Shown here in pieces: positions 1 through 9,625 of a DNA stretch of 64,000 nt. The translations under genes and the position numbers were made by a program. The stretch is from an uncultured Acidobacteriota bacterium (lineage in GTDB: Bacteria; Acidobacteriota; Thermoanaerobaculia; Thermoanaerobaculales; Sulfomarinibacteraceae), in NCBI GenBank assembly GCA_963712805.1, contig CAVQJV010000003.1, forward strand, positions 64,979-128,978, written 5' to 3'. Under the pieces are notes generated by a model, which searched no databases, had not been told where the DNA came from, and worked only from the letters and a program-made list of their open reading frames with translations. How positions within the stretch are numbered: position 1 is the first letter of the stretch; each line of letters opens with the position of its first letter.

Positions 1-1094
1 GGCACCACCAGCCAGGCGCTGAGCCCGCTGTTCTCGATTTCGCCGCTGACAATGAAGTAGGTCAGCGAGAAGTTGGTGGTCAGAAAGACCGGCGAGTCCG
101 GGTCCGGCTCGCCGATCGGGTAGATCCTGGGTTCGACCTGGATCGGCTTCTGCGGGTCGGTGAAGATGTTGAGCCGCAGGGTGATGAGCGCGGCGATCTG
201 CGCGGCGTCGAATCGCGGCAGCACGCAGATGCCGCCGAACTTGGTGATTTCGGTGACCGCCTCCAGGGTGCTCGCCACCAGATCGCGTCCATCGACGAAG
301 CTCAGGAAGGCAAAGCCGAGCGGCTTGTTGCCGGTCTTGATTGCCGATCTGCGGACGATGGTGTTGGCCTGGAAACGCTCCGCCGGCGAGTGGGTCTCGA
401 ACTGCAGCACGAGATCGGTGAAGCCGCCCTCACGGATTCTGCCGGCAGCGCTCGCCAGCCGGTCGAGATCGGGTGCGGTCAGAGCCAGCACGTGCCCGTT
501 GTCCCGAGCCACCTCGACCAGCTCATCCGCCGTCTCGGGCGTCGCCGAGGCGAGGACGCTGCGCGAACCTCGCACCGCCTCCGCCGCGCGCCGGAGCGCT
601 CCCGGTTCGGCGCTGCGAAGCACCAGCGGCTTGCCGGTGAGACGCCACGCCCTGCCCGCGGTCTCGACAAAGGCGTCGACGGACCCGCCGGCGTGGGTCA
701 CCGCCACCATGTCGATGCCGATGGTTTCGCCGACCCTTTCGATGCGGTACTCCTTGACCGCCGCCAGGGTCGCGTCAAGCTCCTGGACCGGAGCGGTGTC
801 ATCGACGTTGATCGCCAGCAGGGTCTGGTTGACGAAGGTCTTTTCGTGCCGGTAGAGCACGGTCTCCTCGCCGAGCCTGAGGGCGCCGTCGGGTCCAAGC
901 CGGACGCCTCTGACCGGTGGCTGGTAGGCCTTCGCGAGGACCTCGATCGCCTCGTCCGAGGCGTAGGGGCAATCCGCGATCTCGGCCTTCCGCGCCGCCA
1001 GCTTCATGGCGAAGGCGAGGCAGGTGTTGACCCCGCACTCCTTGCAGTTGGTCTTGGGCAGGAGCTTCTGGATCTGGAGACCGGTGAGCGCCAT
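1..1094 (-). CDS. acsC: Corrinoid iron-sulfur protein large subunit (AcsC/CdhE type); 3' end runs off the window
   Basis: Absent from the ORF track. My minus-strand translation from ATG at 1094 reads MALTGLQIQKLLPKTNCKECGVNTCLAFAMKLAARKAEIADCPYAS..., the N-terminal Cys-rich FeS motif of AcsC. It stays open to position 1. The start lies 2 nt after the acsD stop. Confidence 0.85.
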   Translation of the reverse strand, partial: MALTGLQIQKLLPKTNCKECGVNTCLAFAMKLAARKAEIADCPYASDEAIEVLAKAYQPPVRGVRLGPDGALRLGEETVLYRHEKTFVNQTLLAINVDDTAPVQELDATLAAVKEYRIERVGETIGIDMVAVTHAGGSVDAFVETAGRAWRLTGKPLVLRSAEPGALRRAAEAVRGSRSVLASATPETADELVEVARDNGHVLALTAPDLDRLASAAGRIREGGFTDLVLQFETHSPAERFQANTIVRRSAIKTGNKPLGFAFLSFVDGRDLVASTLEAVTEITKFGGICVLPRFDAAQIAALITLRLNIFTDPQKPIQVEPRIYPIGEPDPDSPVFLTTNFSLTYFIVSGEIENSGLSAWLVV

Positions 1095-1096
1095 GG

Positions 1097-2344
1097 CTAG
1101 GCCCCCCCGTCCATCAACCGGAAGATCGTGTCCCTGGTCGCCATCGCGGCGTCGGGGTGGTACATGATCAGGATGTCGGCGCCGGCGTAGAGCAGCGCCG
1201 TGGCGCAGCTCAGCTCCCACAGGACGGCCCGCTTGCCGATCTCGCCCCACGACGGGAAGTCGCGTTCGGGCGCCTTGACCTCCTTGACCTTCGCCGTCTC
1301 CTGGCCGGGCGAGACGATCATCGGGCCGGCGAGCATGGCGTCGCCGCCGAGACCGCTGAGACGAATGCGCTCCATCACCGAGTAGGTGTACTCGAGCCCG
1401 TAGCCCATGGCCCCGGTCATGGGATCCATGACGATCTGCCCGATGGGCACGCTCATGCCGGTGAGCAGGATGTTCATCTGCTTGCCGATGTTGACGTCGA
1501 TCGGGCTCTGCGCGACCACGGTGTGGCCGTAGGCCAGAGCCGCGCCGGCGATGGTGCGGTAGTTGTCCTGCTCGACCCAGTTGAGGAGCAGGTTCTCGCC
1601 GTAGCAGGCCTGGGCCACCGCCTTCATGACCTCGTTGACGGCGTCGAAGTGGTTGTGGCCGGTGATGATCAGCGGCACGTCGACGGCGGCGAGCACGTTC
1701 TTCACCAGCTCCACCGCCTGCTCGGGGGTCCGGTTGCCCTTCTCCGGATGGGTGCCTTCGAGCCGCACCGAGATCAGATCGGCGCCGTACTTCTCGACAC
1801 AGGTCCGCGCCATCTCCGGCGGGTCTTCGAGCAGGGCGCCGAAGATCCCGCGCAGCGCCGGGGGGATCTTCTCGGACACCACGTCGAAGACCTCGAGCGC
1901 GACCAGCGGCCGGTGCGGCATCTCGCCCTCCCACAGGTGGAAGGGCATGGCCGTGGCGCCGCCGACGACGTGGGTGACGCCGCGGGTCCCGCCCCGGTCC
2001 GGGCCGGCGCCGAGGGTGACGGTCCACACCGGCTGCTCGCATGTCTCGCGGACGACCTCGATGGTCGAAAGCGCGGCCAGCCGTTCGGCGGCGGTGGGGC
2101 CGATCTCGATGATGGGTTCTTGGGGGGCGGGCGCGGACACGGACACGGAGCCGGATGCGGACGCGGTCGCGGACTCGGACGCGGGAGAGGGGGCCGGGGG
2201 ATCGCCGAGGAAGCGTTCGCCCATCACCGCGATGATCTCGCGCACGATGTCCCGGGTCAGCGACTGCTTGAGGTCCCGCTTGACCTCGGCCATCACCGAG
2301 GCGGCGACGTCGGCCTTGAGCCGCGCGATCTCGTCGGGATTCAT
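1097..2344 (-). CDS. acsD: Corrinoid iron-sulfur protein small subunit (AcsD/CdhD type) with an atypical N-terminal helix and Ser/Ala-rich linker
   Basis: ORF 1097..2653. The body (...YGADLISVRLEGTHPEKGNRTPEQAVELVKNVLAAVDVPLIITGHNHFD...MIVSPGQETAKVKE...) is AcsD/CdhD-like. I chose ATG at 2344 (MNPDEIARL). Stop is TAG at 1097-1099. Confidence 0.85.
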   Translation of the reverse strand: MNPDEIARLKADVAASVMAEVKRDLKQSLTRDIVREIIAVMGERFLGDPPAPSPASESATASASGSVSVSAPAPQEPIIEIGPTAAERLAALSTIEVVRETCEQPVWTVTLGAGPDRGGTRGVTHVVGGATAMPFHLWEGEMPHRPLVALEVFDVVSEKIPPALRGIFGALLEDPPEMARTCVEKYGADLISVRLEGTHPEKGNRTPEQAVELVKNVLAAVDVPLIITGHNHFDAVNEVMKAVAQACYGENLLLNWVEQDNYRTIAGAALAYGHTVVAQSPIDVNIGKQMNILLTGMSVPIGQIVMDPMTGAMGYGLEYTYSVMERIRLSGLGGDAMLAGPMIVSPGQETAKVKEVKAPERDFPSWGEIGKRAVLWELSCATALLYAGADILIMYHPDAAMATRDTIFRLMDGGA

Positions 2345-4633
2345 GTCCGTATCCTCTCGACTCTCCGCGGGCGTCTCCGGCGCCGCGCCCCCGGCGACCG
2401 TCGGCGCCCGGGGGCGCGGCGGGTTCGACGGCCTCCGCCTGCCGCGCATACAGGGCCATGTCCTCCATCGCCAGCGCCGGGTGGCCGACCTTCTCCAGAA
2501 AGGCGCGGATCTCCTCGGGGTCGGTGGCGACGGTCTCGTCGGCGATCTTGTCGAGCAGGCCGGGCATGCCGTGCTCGTCGAACCGCAGCTCGAGGTCGTC
2601 CGCCAGCAGCTCCTTGAGCTCCTTCGGCATCCAGACCAGCCGCGGCGCCCCACCGTCGGCCGACGAGGAACTTCCGGCTGGTGAGGAAGATCTTGCCGCA
2701 GCCCATGAAGCCCGGCGTCTGGCGGCCGCCGCCGACCTCGCCGGCGAGGGTCGAGAAGTTCATGCCCACCGGCGTGTCGCCGTCGAACTCACGGTTGACG
2801 ACCATGACGCCGTTGCACTCGGGCACGTAGCCGCAGATGACCTCGAAGCAGCCGCAGCTCGTCATCGGCCGGTCCATGATCGAGTAGGCGGAGAACGACT
2901 CCAGGGTCTTGTGGCTGTTGACCCAGACGTAGTCGTTGACCCCCTCCCAGACGCCGCGCACCGGATCGAGGCACTCGCCCTTCTTGCACCGGCTGGTTGG
3001 CGCCGGTGGGGTCGATCTCGTGGGCGGCCTTGCCGTCGAGCCAGTTGTAGGCGCCGCACAGGCCGAGCCGCTCCGGGGTGATGATGCAGACGTGGTTGGG
3101 CGCGAAGGACTGGCACAGCAGACACGAGTAGAAGGTGTCCACCGACTCGTCGGTCATCGACTCGAGCCGGCGGTTGCGCTCGTCGTAGACCTTGCGCGCG
3201 ATCTCCCGGCGGCGCTCGACCTCGCCGACCTCGGTGAAGAGGGTGACCTTGACCTTGTCGACGATGGCGCCGTAGTCGGCGAGGATCTTGGCGTGCAGGA
3301 TCTTGCCGTAGTGGCGAGACGCAAACCCTTGTCGAACGCCTCCTTGGAGACCCGGGTCCAGACGATGTCGCGCTGGCCCATGTGCCACAGACCCTAGGCG
3401 CCGTTGAGGAAGTGGTGGATCTGGCGCTCGAGGATCGGCTCGAAGTCGGCCTGCATCTTGCGCCCCGCCACCTCGACCCAGATCCCGAGCGGCAGCGCAC
3501 CCTTCTCCTCGACCTCGTCGATCTCGGGCCCGATGACCTCGATCTCGCCGTCCGCGATCTCGTCCAGCTCGACCGTGGTCACGAACTCGAACGCGGGCGT
3601 ACGGTTGCCGCCGAACTCCACCCGCATGTCGGACTTGCGGATGCGCTCGCCCTCGAACGCCGGACCGTAGGGCACCGGCACCGGCACCTCGGTCACCCTG
3701 ACCTTGCAGCCGCGCACCTCGAGCGCCTTCTCGACCATGGTCTCGTGCGGCACGCTCGACACCACGTGCTCGTAGGTGCAGACGCCGGTCGGCAGGATCT
3801 CGGGGATGTCGGTGTCGGCGATGACCGGGAAGCCGTAGTTGATGGCGCCCGCCGCCACCGCGTACTTCTCGGCGTCCACCTCGCCGAACGCCATGACGAA
3901 GGCGAAGATGCGGTCCTTGTTGTACTTCAGGTTGGACTCGAAGTCGCCCGGCGCGACATCGCCGAAGGACAGCGCCACCCGGTTGGCGAAGCCGAGCGCG
4001 TAGACCAGCGCCGAGACGTCCTTGCCGAAGGGCACCAGCCGGGTCTCCCAGCCGAGCTGGACGCCCTCCTCCGCGAGCTGCTCGGCAAACTGCCGGCCGC
4101 CGGTGGCGCCGGCCATGAAGACGTAGAGGTTCTTCTCCTGCAGGTCGCGGGCGATCCGCACCGCGATCTCGTTGGTCGGCGCGGCGCCGGTGATGGCGGC
4201 GAAGCCGGGGGCGGTGCCGTCGACGAACTCGATGCCGCGCTCGCGGATGATCACGTCCGACGCGGCGCCGAGCCAGATGCCGTCGACCGGGCCCGGCCGT
4301 CATCGAGGTACTTGCACGCTTCGATGATCTCGCAGGCGAAGAGGCTCGCCACGCCGGCGTCGAGGGCGGACCCCAGGTAGGGCAGCCAGACGTCCTCGGT
4401 GGGACGTTGGGCAGCAGCTCCTTGGCCCGCCGGAGCACCCGGCGGCAGTCGGCCAGAGTCTCCACCTTGTGCTCCGACAGCGAGTAGATGATGGGCAGGT
4501 AGTAGGCGGTGGAAGGAAAGCCGACGCGATGCTCCTCGCCGTGGGCTTCGACGGCACGAGCGACGCTTCGGTCGGCGCGGGCGACCCACTCCACCGCCCC
4601 GTCGATGGCGCTAGCGCAGATCAGCTTCGACAT
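2341..4633 (-). pseudogene. acsB: Acetyl-CoA synthase (AcsB/CdhC), disrupted as assembled: at least 5 frame changes plus in-frame TAG at 3394-3396
   Basis: Pieces in three frames tile a full ACS. MSKLICASAIDGAVEW...GFPSTAYYLPIIYS; ...ACEIIEACKYLDDG; PGPVDGIW...GPAFEGERIRKSDMRVEFGGNRTPAFE...RKMQADFEPILERQIHHFLNGA; TAG; GLWHMGQRDIVW; ...DTFYSCLLCQSFAPNHVCIITPERLGLCGA; ...MTSCGCFEVICGYVPECNG; ...RLVWMPKELKE...GHPALAMEDM. The 3' end is not defined (see findings). Confidence 0.9.
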
Positions 4634-6593
4634 GGATCGTCCGCCGGTCTTTCATGTCCATGAATCTTGCGTTCGGCCTTCTTGTCGATGCCGAGCCGCC
4701 GGCGCCGCTCGTCGATGCAGCTCGAGCACCTTCCGCGCCGCTTCGAGCGGGTCCGGTTGAACGTGGAAGGAAGCGCCGAAGAGCTCGCGCGCTTCGTCGT
4801 TGAGGAAGCGAGGTGACCTTGTCGGAGCCCTCGATGTGGAACGGGTGGCCGAGGACCACGTCGACGCCCGAGGCCACGAAGTAACAGCCGATGGCGATCG
4901 CCTTCTCGCTCATCCACTCCGGGCGCCACGCCCGACCGCCGGCAGGTCGGACAGATCGTCGCCGAGCCCGCCCTCGAGCACCATCTCGGTGGCCGCCTCG
5001 AGGATGCGCGAGTTGTCGACGCAGCTGCCCATGTGCAGCACCGGCGGCATGCCCACCGCCTCGCAGACCTCGCGCAGACCCCTGACCGGCATCGGACAGC
5101 GCCGCCTCCGGCCGTCAGCAGACCCGCCTTGCCCGAGGCGATCGCCGCGCAGCCGGTCTTGAGCACCAGGACGTTGTTCTTGAGCAGCTCGCGGGTCAGC
5201 GTCGTGGTGTAGGCGTCCATCCGGGTCTTGGGGTTGCTGCAGCCGACGATGCCGCACACGCCCCTGATCCGGCCCTGGATGATGGCGTCGTTGAGCGGCC
5301 GGAAGGAGGCCCGGAACGAGCCGCCGAGCATGTACTTGATGGCGTCCACCGAGAAGCCGCCGACCAGCGGCCGCTGGTGCTCGGGGATCGCCATCTTGCC
5401 GCGGTCGCGGTTGCGGAAAGTTGGCGATGGCCCGCAGCACCAGCGCCTTGGCGTCCTCGTAGGCGTGGTCCTCGTCGAAGGGCAGGTGGGTGGCGCCGAC
5501 GGTCCGGGCGATCTCGCGAGGTGGAGACGATCTCGGTGTGGTACGCCGCCGCCACCTCGGGCAGGCTCGGCATGCAGCACTGGACGTCGACCATCATCAT
5601 CTCGACCGCGCCGGTGATGATCGCCAGCTCCTGCTGCAGGAAGTTGCCGGCGACCGGGATCCCGTGCCGCATGAGGATCTCGTTGGCGGTGCAGCAGATC
5701 CCGGCGAGGGTCACGCCGTCGGCGCCGGCCCGGACCGCCGCGGCCTCGATCTCCGGGTCGCGGACCGCGACGACCAGCATCTCCGACAGGACCGGCTCGT
5801 GGCCGTGGACCACGATGTTGACCGTGTTCTCGCCGAGCACCCCGAGGTTGACGTTGCCGCGCACCGGCTGCGGGGTGCCGAAGAGGATGTCCGAGATGAT
5901 GCCCGCGATCCGCGAGCCGCCCCAGCCGTCGGCGAGGGCCGTCCGCATGGCCTGCTGCAGCAGGTTGCGGTGATCGTGGTCGACGCCCATGGTGGAGCGG
6001 TGCATGGACTCGACCAGCATGCGGTCGATGCCGAGAGGTTCGACGCCGTGCCTGCGCCACACGCCCTGCCTCTTGAGGGGAGCGAGCTCGAGTCCTTTGA
6101 GCGGGCTCTCCTGGCTGGTGAACTCCGGCGAGCATGCGGTCGGCGAGGTCGGCGGCGATCTCCTCCTTGCTGCGGCCGAGGTCCTCGACCCCGTACTTGG
6201 CGGCGTTGCGGCGCAGCGACCGCTCGTCGCGGATGGCGTAGCCGCCCTCGAGCCCCTGCGCCACCTTCTTGAGCAGCAGCACCAGACCGCCGCGCGTGGT
6301 CGGAGTGGGCCGCCGCCCCACCGACCACCTCGCGCAGGTAGTTGCGGGCGACGACGGTGTGGGCGTCGGCGCCGCACACCCCGAGCGGCGCTCTTCGGGG
6401 TGATCCGGCACGGACCCATGTGGCAGACCCGGCAGCACAGACCCTGGTTGCCGAACTTGCACTGCACATCCTGGGTGTCCATGCGGGAGAAGGCGGTGGC
6501 GAGGCCTTCGACCTCGGCCTTGGTCAGCATCTCGATCGAGGCCGGGTCGAGCGCCCGCATTTCGGGGGTTCGCGGTTCTTTGCGCTTGGCCAT
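4611..6593 (-). pseudogene. cooS: Ni-CO dehydrogenase catalytic subunit (CooS/AcsA), disrupted as assembled: at least 9 frame changes
   Basis: N-terminus is MAKRKEP...QCKFGNQGLCCRVCHMGPCRI, the CooS Cys motif. Further pieces in alternating frames: CGADAHTVVARNYLREVVGGAAAHSDHA; ...NIVVHGHEPVLSEM...LAGICCTANEILMRHG...; ...GIVGCSNPKTRMD...; ...PPVLHMGSCVDNSRI...; ...WMSEKAIAIGCYFVASGV.... The tail overlaps the acsB ATG at 4633. Confidence 0.9.
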
Positions 6594-6600
6594 CGACTCG

Positions 6601-7379
6601 TCACTCCATTCTCATCGCGGACCGACGTCCGCGAGAAGGCGGTCGATCTCCGCGACCGCCGGGTTGTCGGGCCGCGAACCCGATCAGGCTCGAGCCGAGC
6701 TCGCCGAGTTCGGCGAGGCCGTCGTCGAGCGGCAGTCCGATCAACAGATCCGCCCCGGTCTTGTCTCGAACCGCCACCGCGCCATCCGGAATCCGGCCGT
6801 CGCGCAACCGGTTGACGATGATCGCCAGCGCGCCGTAGTCGAGACCCATCTCGAGCGCCAGCTCGTGGAGACGCTCCACTGTCGTGAGCCCGGCCTGCGA
6901 CGGGTCGGACACCATCACCAGCAGGTCGACCCGGCGGACGATCCGGCGGGAGAGGTTCTCGAGCCCCGCCTCGTTGTCGATCACGACCACCGGGTAGTCG
7001 TCGGCCAACCGTTCGATGACCCTCTTGAGGACGTTGTTGGCGTAGCAGTAGCAGCCCGGGCCCTCGCAGCGACCCATGGCGATGAGGTCGAAGTCCTCGG
7101 CCTCGACCAGGCTCTGCGGCGATCTTGAGTTCGAGCATCTGCTGCTTGGAGACGCCCGACCCGAGACCCTTGCCGGCGAGCTCGCGCGCCTGTTCGCGCA
7201 CCGCGCCCACGGTCTGGGTGACCTCGACGCCCGAGGGCGGCGTCGAGACAGCAGTTGGGGTCGGCGTCGACTGCGAGCACCGGCTTGGCACCGCGCGCGA
7301 TCAGCCGCGACACGGTCAGGGCCGCCACCGTCGTCTTGCCGGTGCCGCCCTTGCCCGCGATGGCGATCGTGAAGGACAT
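6601..7379 (-). pseudogene. cooC: CooC/AcsF-type Ni-insertion ATPase, at least 2 frame changes as assembled
   Basis: MSFTIAIAGKGGTGKTTVAALTVSRLIARGAKPVLAVDADPN (P-loop), then VEVTQTVGAVREQARELAG...SKQQMLELKIA in a second frame, then EAEDFDLIAMGRCEGPGCYCYANNVLK...VVIDNEAGLENLSRR in a third. A likely true stop TGA sits at 6612-6614 in yet another frame. Confidence 0.85.
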
Positions 7380-7385
7380 GATCGG

Positions 7386-8463
7386 TCAGACTCCGTGTTT
7401 CTCGCGCAGCGCGAGCGACAGCTCTCGGGTGAGCCGGAAAACCCGTTCCGCGTCCGCCACCGCCATCGAACCGGTGCCGCAGGAACCGGTGAGCATCGTC
7501 TGCTGGTAGACCACCCGGCGGTCGACGCCGCTCTTCTCGACGAGGTTGTCGACCATCTTCTCGTAGTGGTCGATCAGGGTCTCGGCGGTGTTGTTCCGCA
7601 CCGCGGCCGATGTCGGCACCACGCCCCAGGCCAACGCGTTGCCGCTCTCGAGGTGTTTCCTGACCTGGGCCGGGTACATGGCGATGGTCTCGCCGTACTG
7701 GTAGGCGTCGAAGTTGACGATCTCGGCGCCCGCGTCGATGGGGATCGACCACTCGGTGTTGCCGCAGCAGTGGATGCCGGCGAGAGCGCCGTCGGCGTGG
7801 ATGGCGTCCACCAGCTCCCCGAGCGCGGCCACCACCTCGTCCCGCGTGACCGAAACATAGGTCGAGCTGCCGAAGCCGGAGAGGATCGGCTCGTCGATCG
7901 AGCAGATCACCCGGTCGGCGTACGGCTTGAACCGCTGGATCTGCCACCGGCACTTCATGGCCAGCGCCTTGATGATGACGTCGCGGAACTCCTCGTTGTA
8001 GTACAGGGCGCGCTTGTTCTCGTCGACGATGGTGAGAGCGAAAGAGCACGGCCCGGTGGTCTGGCACTTGACGAACGGTCGCCTGCCCTCCTGGGTGCCG
8101 AGCCGTTTCTCGAGCTCGTAGATTCCGGCCCCGAACTCGGGGGAGACCGCCATCGAGGCGACGTCGCCGGTGCCGTCGTCGGGATCCATGGCGGCCATGT
8201 AACCCTCGTAGAACTCGGTGAACGCATCGATGTAGTCGCCCGAGGTCTCGAAGAACATCCGGCCCTTGGCGCGGTCGATGACCCGGCACGGCATGCCCTC
8301 GGAGTACTGGATCTCCATCTGCTCGTTGAGCCCGCGGCCCGACAGCTGCGGCCACATCGGCGCCTCCGGGAGGTTGCGCCAGCACCACGTCCACCGCCGC
8401 CGCGGCGTCGCCGTGGGGCATGCTGCCCACCGCACAGGCCAGGAAATCGGGTTTGAACACCAT
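7386..8463 (-). pseudogene. MetE-like (cobalamin-independent methionine synthase / MT2-UroD superfamily) Zn-thiol methyltransferase; one 1-nt frame change near 8370
   Basis: ORF 7386..8435, plus an upstream MVFKPDFLACAVGSMPHGDAAAAVDVVL in another frame starting at ATG 8463. Putative Zn ligands are IHCCGNT ... WGVVP ... TGSCGTG, with MetE/MtaA-like spacing. No pterin-binding motif recognised. Confidence 0.6.
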
Positions 8464-8492
8464 CGTCGCTCTCCTTCCTCTTCCGGCTGCGA

Positions 8493-8705
8493 CTACTTCC
8501 GCACGTGGATCTTCTTGCACGCGTCGGAGATCCGCGCCAACTCCCACATCCGCTCTGCGAGCCGTTCGCGGAGCTCGCCGAGATCTTCTCGCAGCTCGGT
8601 CCCGCCCCCGGCGGCGATCGCATCCTCGAGTTTCTCGACCCGGTCCTCGAGCTCGTCGATCTCGGTCATGATGCGGACATACTTCTCGCGTGCCACATCG
8701 GTCAT
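8493..8705 (-). CDS. Hypothetical 70-aa highly charged helical protein
   Basis: MTDVAREKYVRIMTEIDELEDRVEKLEDAIAAGGGTELREDLGELRERLAERMWELARISDACKKIHVRK. Its ATG overlaps the upstream cooC stop (ATGA at 8702-8705). No family recognised. Confidence 0.5.
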   Translation of the reverse strand: MTDVAREKYVRIMTEIDELEDRVEKLEDAIAAGGGTELREDLGELRERLAERMWELARISDACKKIHVRK

Positions 8706-9496
8706 CGGTCCGCCTCCCCCTGCACGACCCGCAGCAGGTTTTCGAAGGCCTCGAGGGTCCTCCCATCCAAGCCGTCCACAACCGACCGGCGGTCCCGATC
8801 CGCTGCGCGGATTCCCTCCGACAGGGGAATCGCGGCGACGATCTCGCGATCGGCGAGCGCATCGCGGAGCCATCGTTCATCATCGGACGTCGCGATCTTG
8901 TTGGCCACCACGCGGACGTCGCGGAGACCGATTTCGGCCGCCATGCGGAAGACCCGGTCGGCGCACTCCACCGAGGTCCGGCTCGGCTCGACGACCACGA
9001 GCAAGACATCGACGCCGCGCGCGGTTCCGCGACCGAGGTGCTCGATCCCCGCCTCCATGTCCATCACCAGGGCCTCGTCCTTGTGCAGCACGAGATCGGC
9101 CACCAGGGCCTTGATCAAGACGCTCTCGGGACATGCGCAGCCAGAGCCCCCGGCCTCGATTGCGCCGAGCACGAGGAGCGCCACTCCGTCGTGAACCAGC
9201 GCGTATCGGTCGGCAATATCGGCGACCTCGGGGTTGAGCTTGAAGATCTGACCGTACTGCCGGACCTTGGCGCCGGTCCGCTCCTCGATGAGCGCCCGGT
9301 GCTCCGAGATCGGGACGATCTCTCGTTGCCGTGCCTCGGGCACGCCGAGAACGGTGGCGAGATTCGCGTCGGGATCGGCATCCACCGCCAGCACCCGCCG
9401 GCCGGCCCGGGCCTGCAACAACGCGAGGGCCCCCGCGATGGTGGACTTGCCCGATCCCCCCTTACCGGCAACCGCGAGTTTCAATGCTGAACTCAA
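8702..9496 (-). CDS. cooC: CooC/AcsF-type Ni-insertion ATPase (second copy), intact
   Basis: ...LKLAVAGKGGSGKSTIAGALAL...VLAVDADPDANL...GGSGCACPESVLIKAL...MDMEAGIEHLGRGTA. I chose the TTG start at 9496, 7 nt downstream of GGAGG (9504-9508). Confidence 0.85.
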   Translation of the reverse strand: MSSALKLAVAGKGGSGKSTIAGALALLQARAGRRVLAVDADPDANLATVLGVPEARQREIVPISEHRALIEERTGAKVRQYGQIFKLNPEVADIADRYALVHDGVALLVLGAIEAGGSGCACPESVLIKALVADLVLHKDEALVMDMEAGIEHLGRGTARGVDVLLVVVEPSRTSVECADRVFRMAAEIGLRDVRVVANKIATSDDERWLRDALADREIVAAIPLSEGIRAADRDRRSVVDGLDGRTLEAFENLLRVVQGEADR

Positions 9497-9625
9497 CGAA
9501 GAACCTCCGCAATCACTCCCGAGGCCGGTCGATCGAATACCGACGGAGGGCCGGGCTCGAGGATTTGAGACGCCGTCATCGACTCCCACCCAGCGGTGAA
9601 TCCGCGGTGGTTCGCCGGAGCAATC

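Noticed and set aside
2131-2185. Imperfect GGACRC/GGAKGC hexamer-like repetition.
   Set aside because: It lies inside acsD and simply encodes the Ser/Ala/Val-rich linker (ASASGSVSVSAP). It is coding low complexity, not a DNA repeat element.
6601-9009. Very long ORFs in the supplied track that overlap recognised genes in other frames or strands: 6601..9009 (802 aa), 12209..14416, 15566..17638, 22049..24022, 35448..37814, 59042..61066, 29738..31081 and similar.
   Set aside because: They are Arg/Gly/Pro/Ala-rich with no recognisable motifs. Each lies antisense or out of frame to a gene with clear family signatures. At about 70% GC, stop-free shadow frames of this length are expected.
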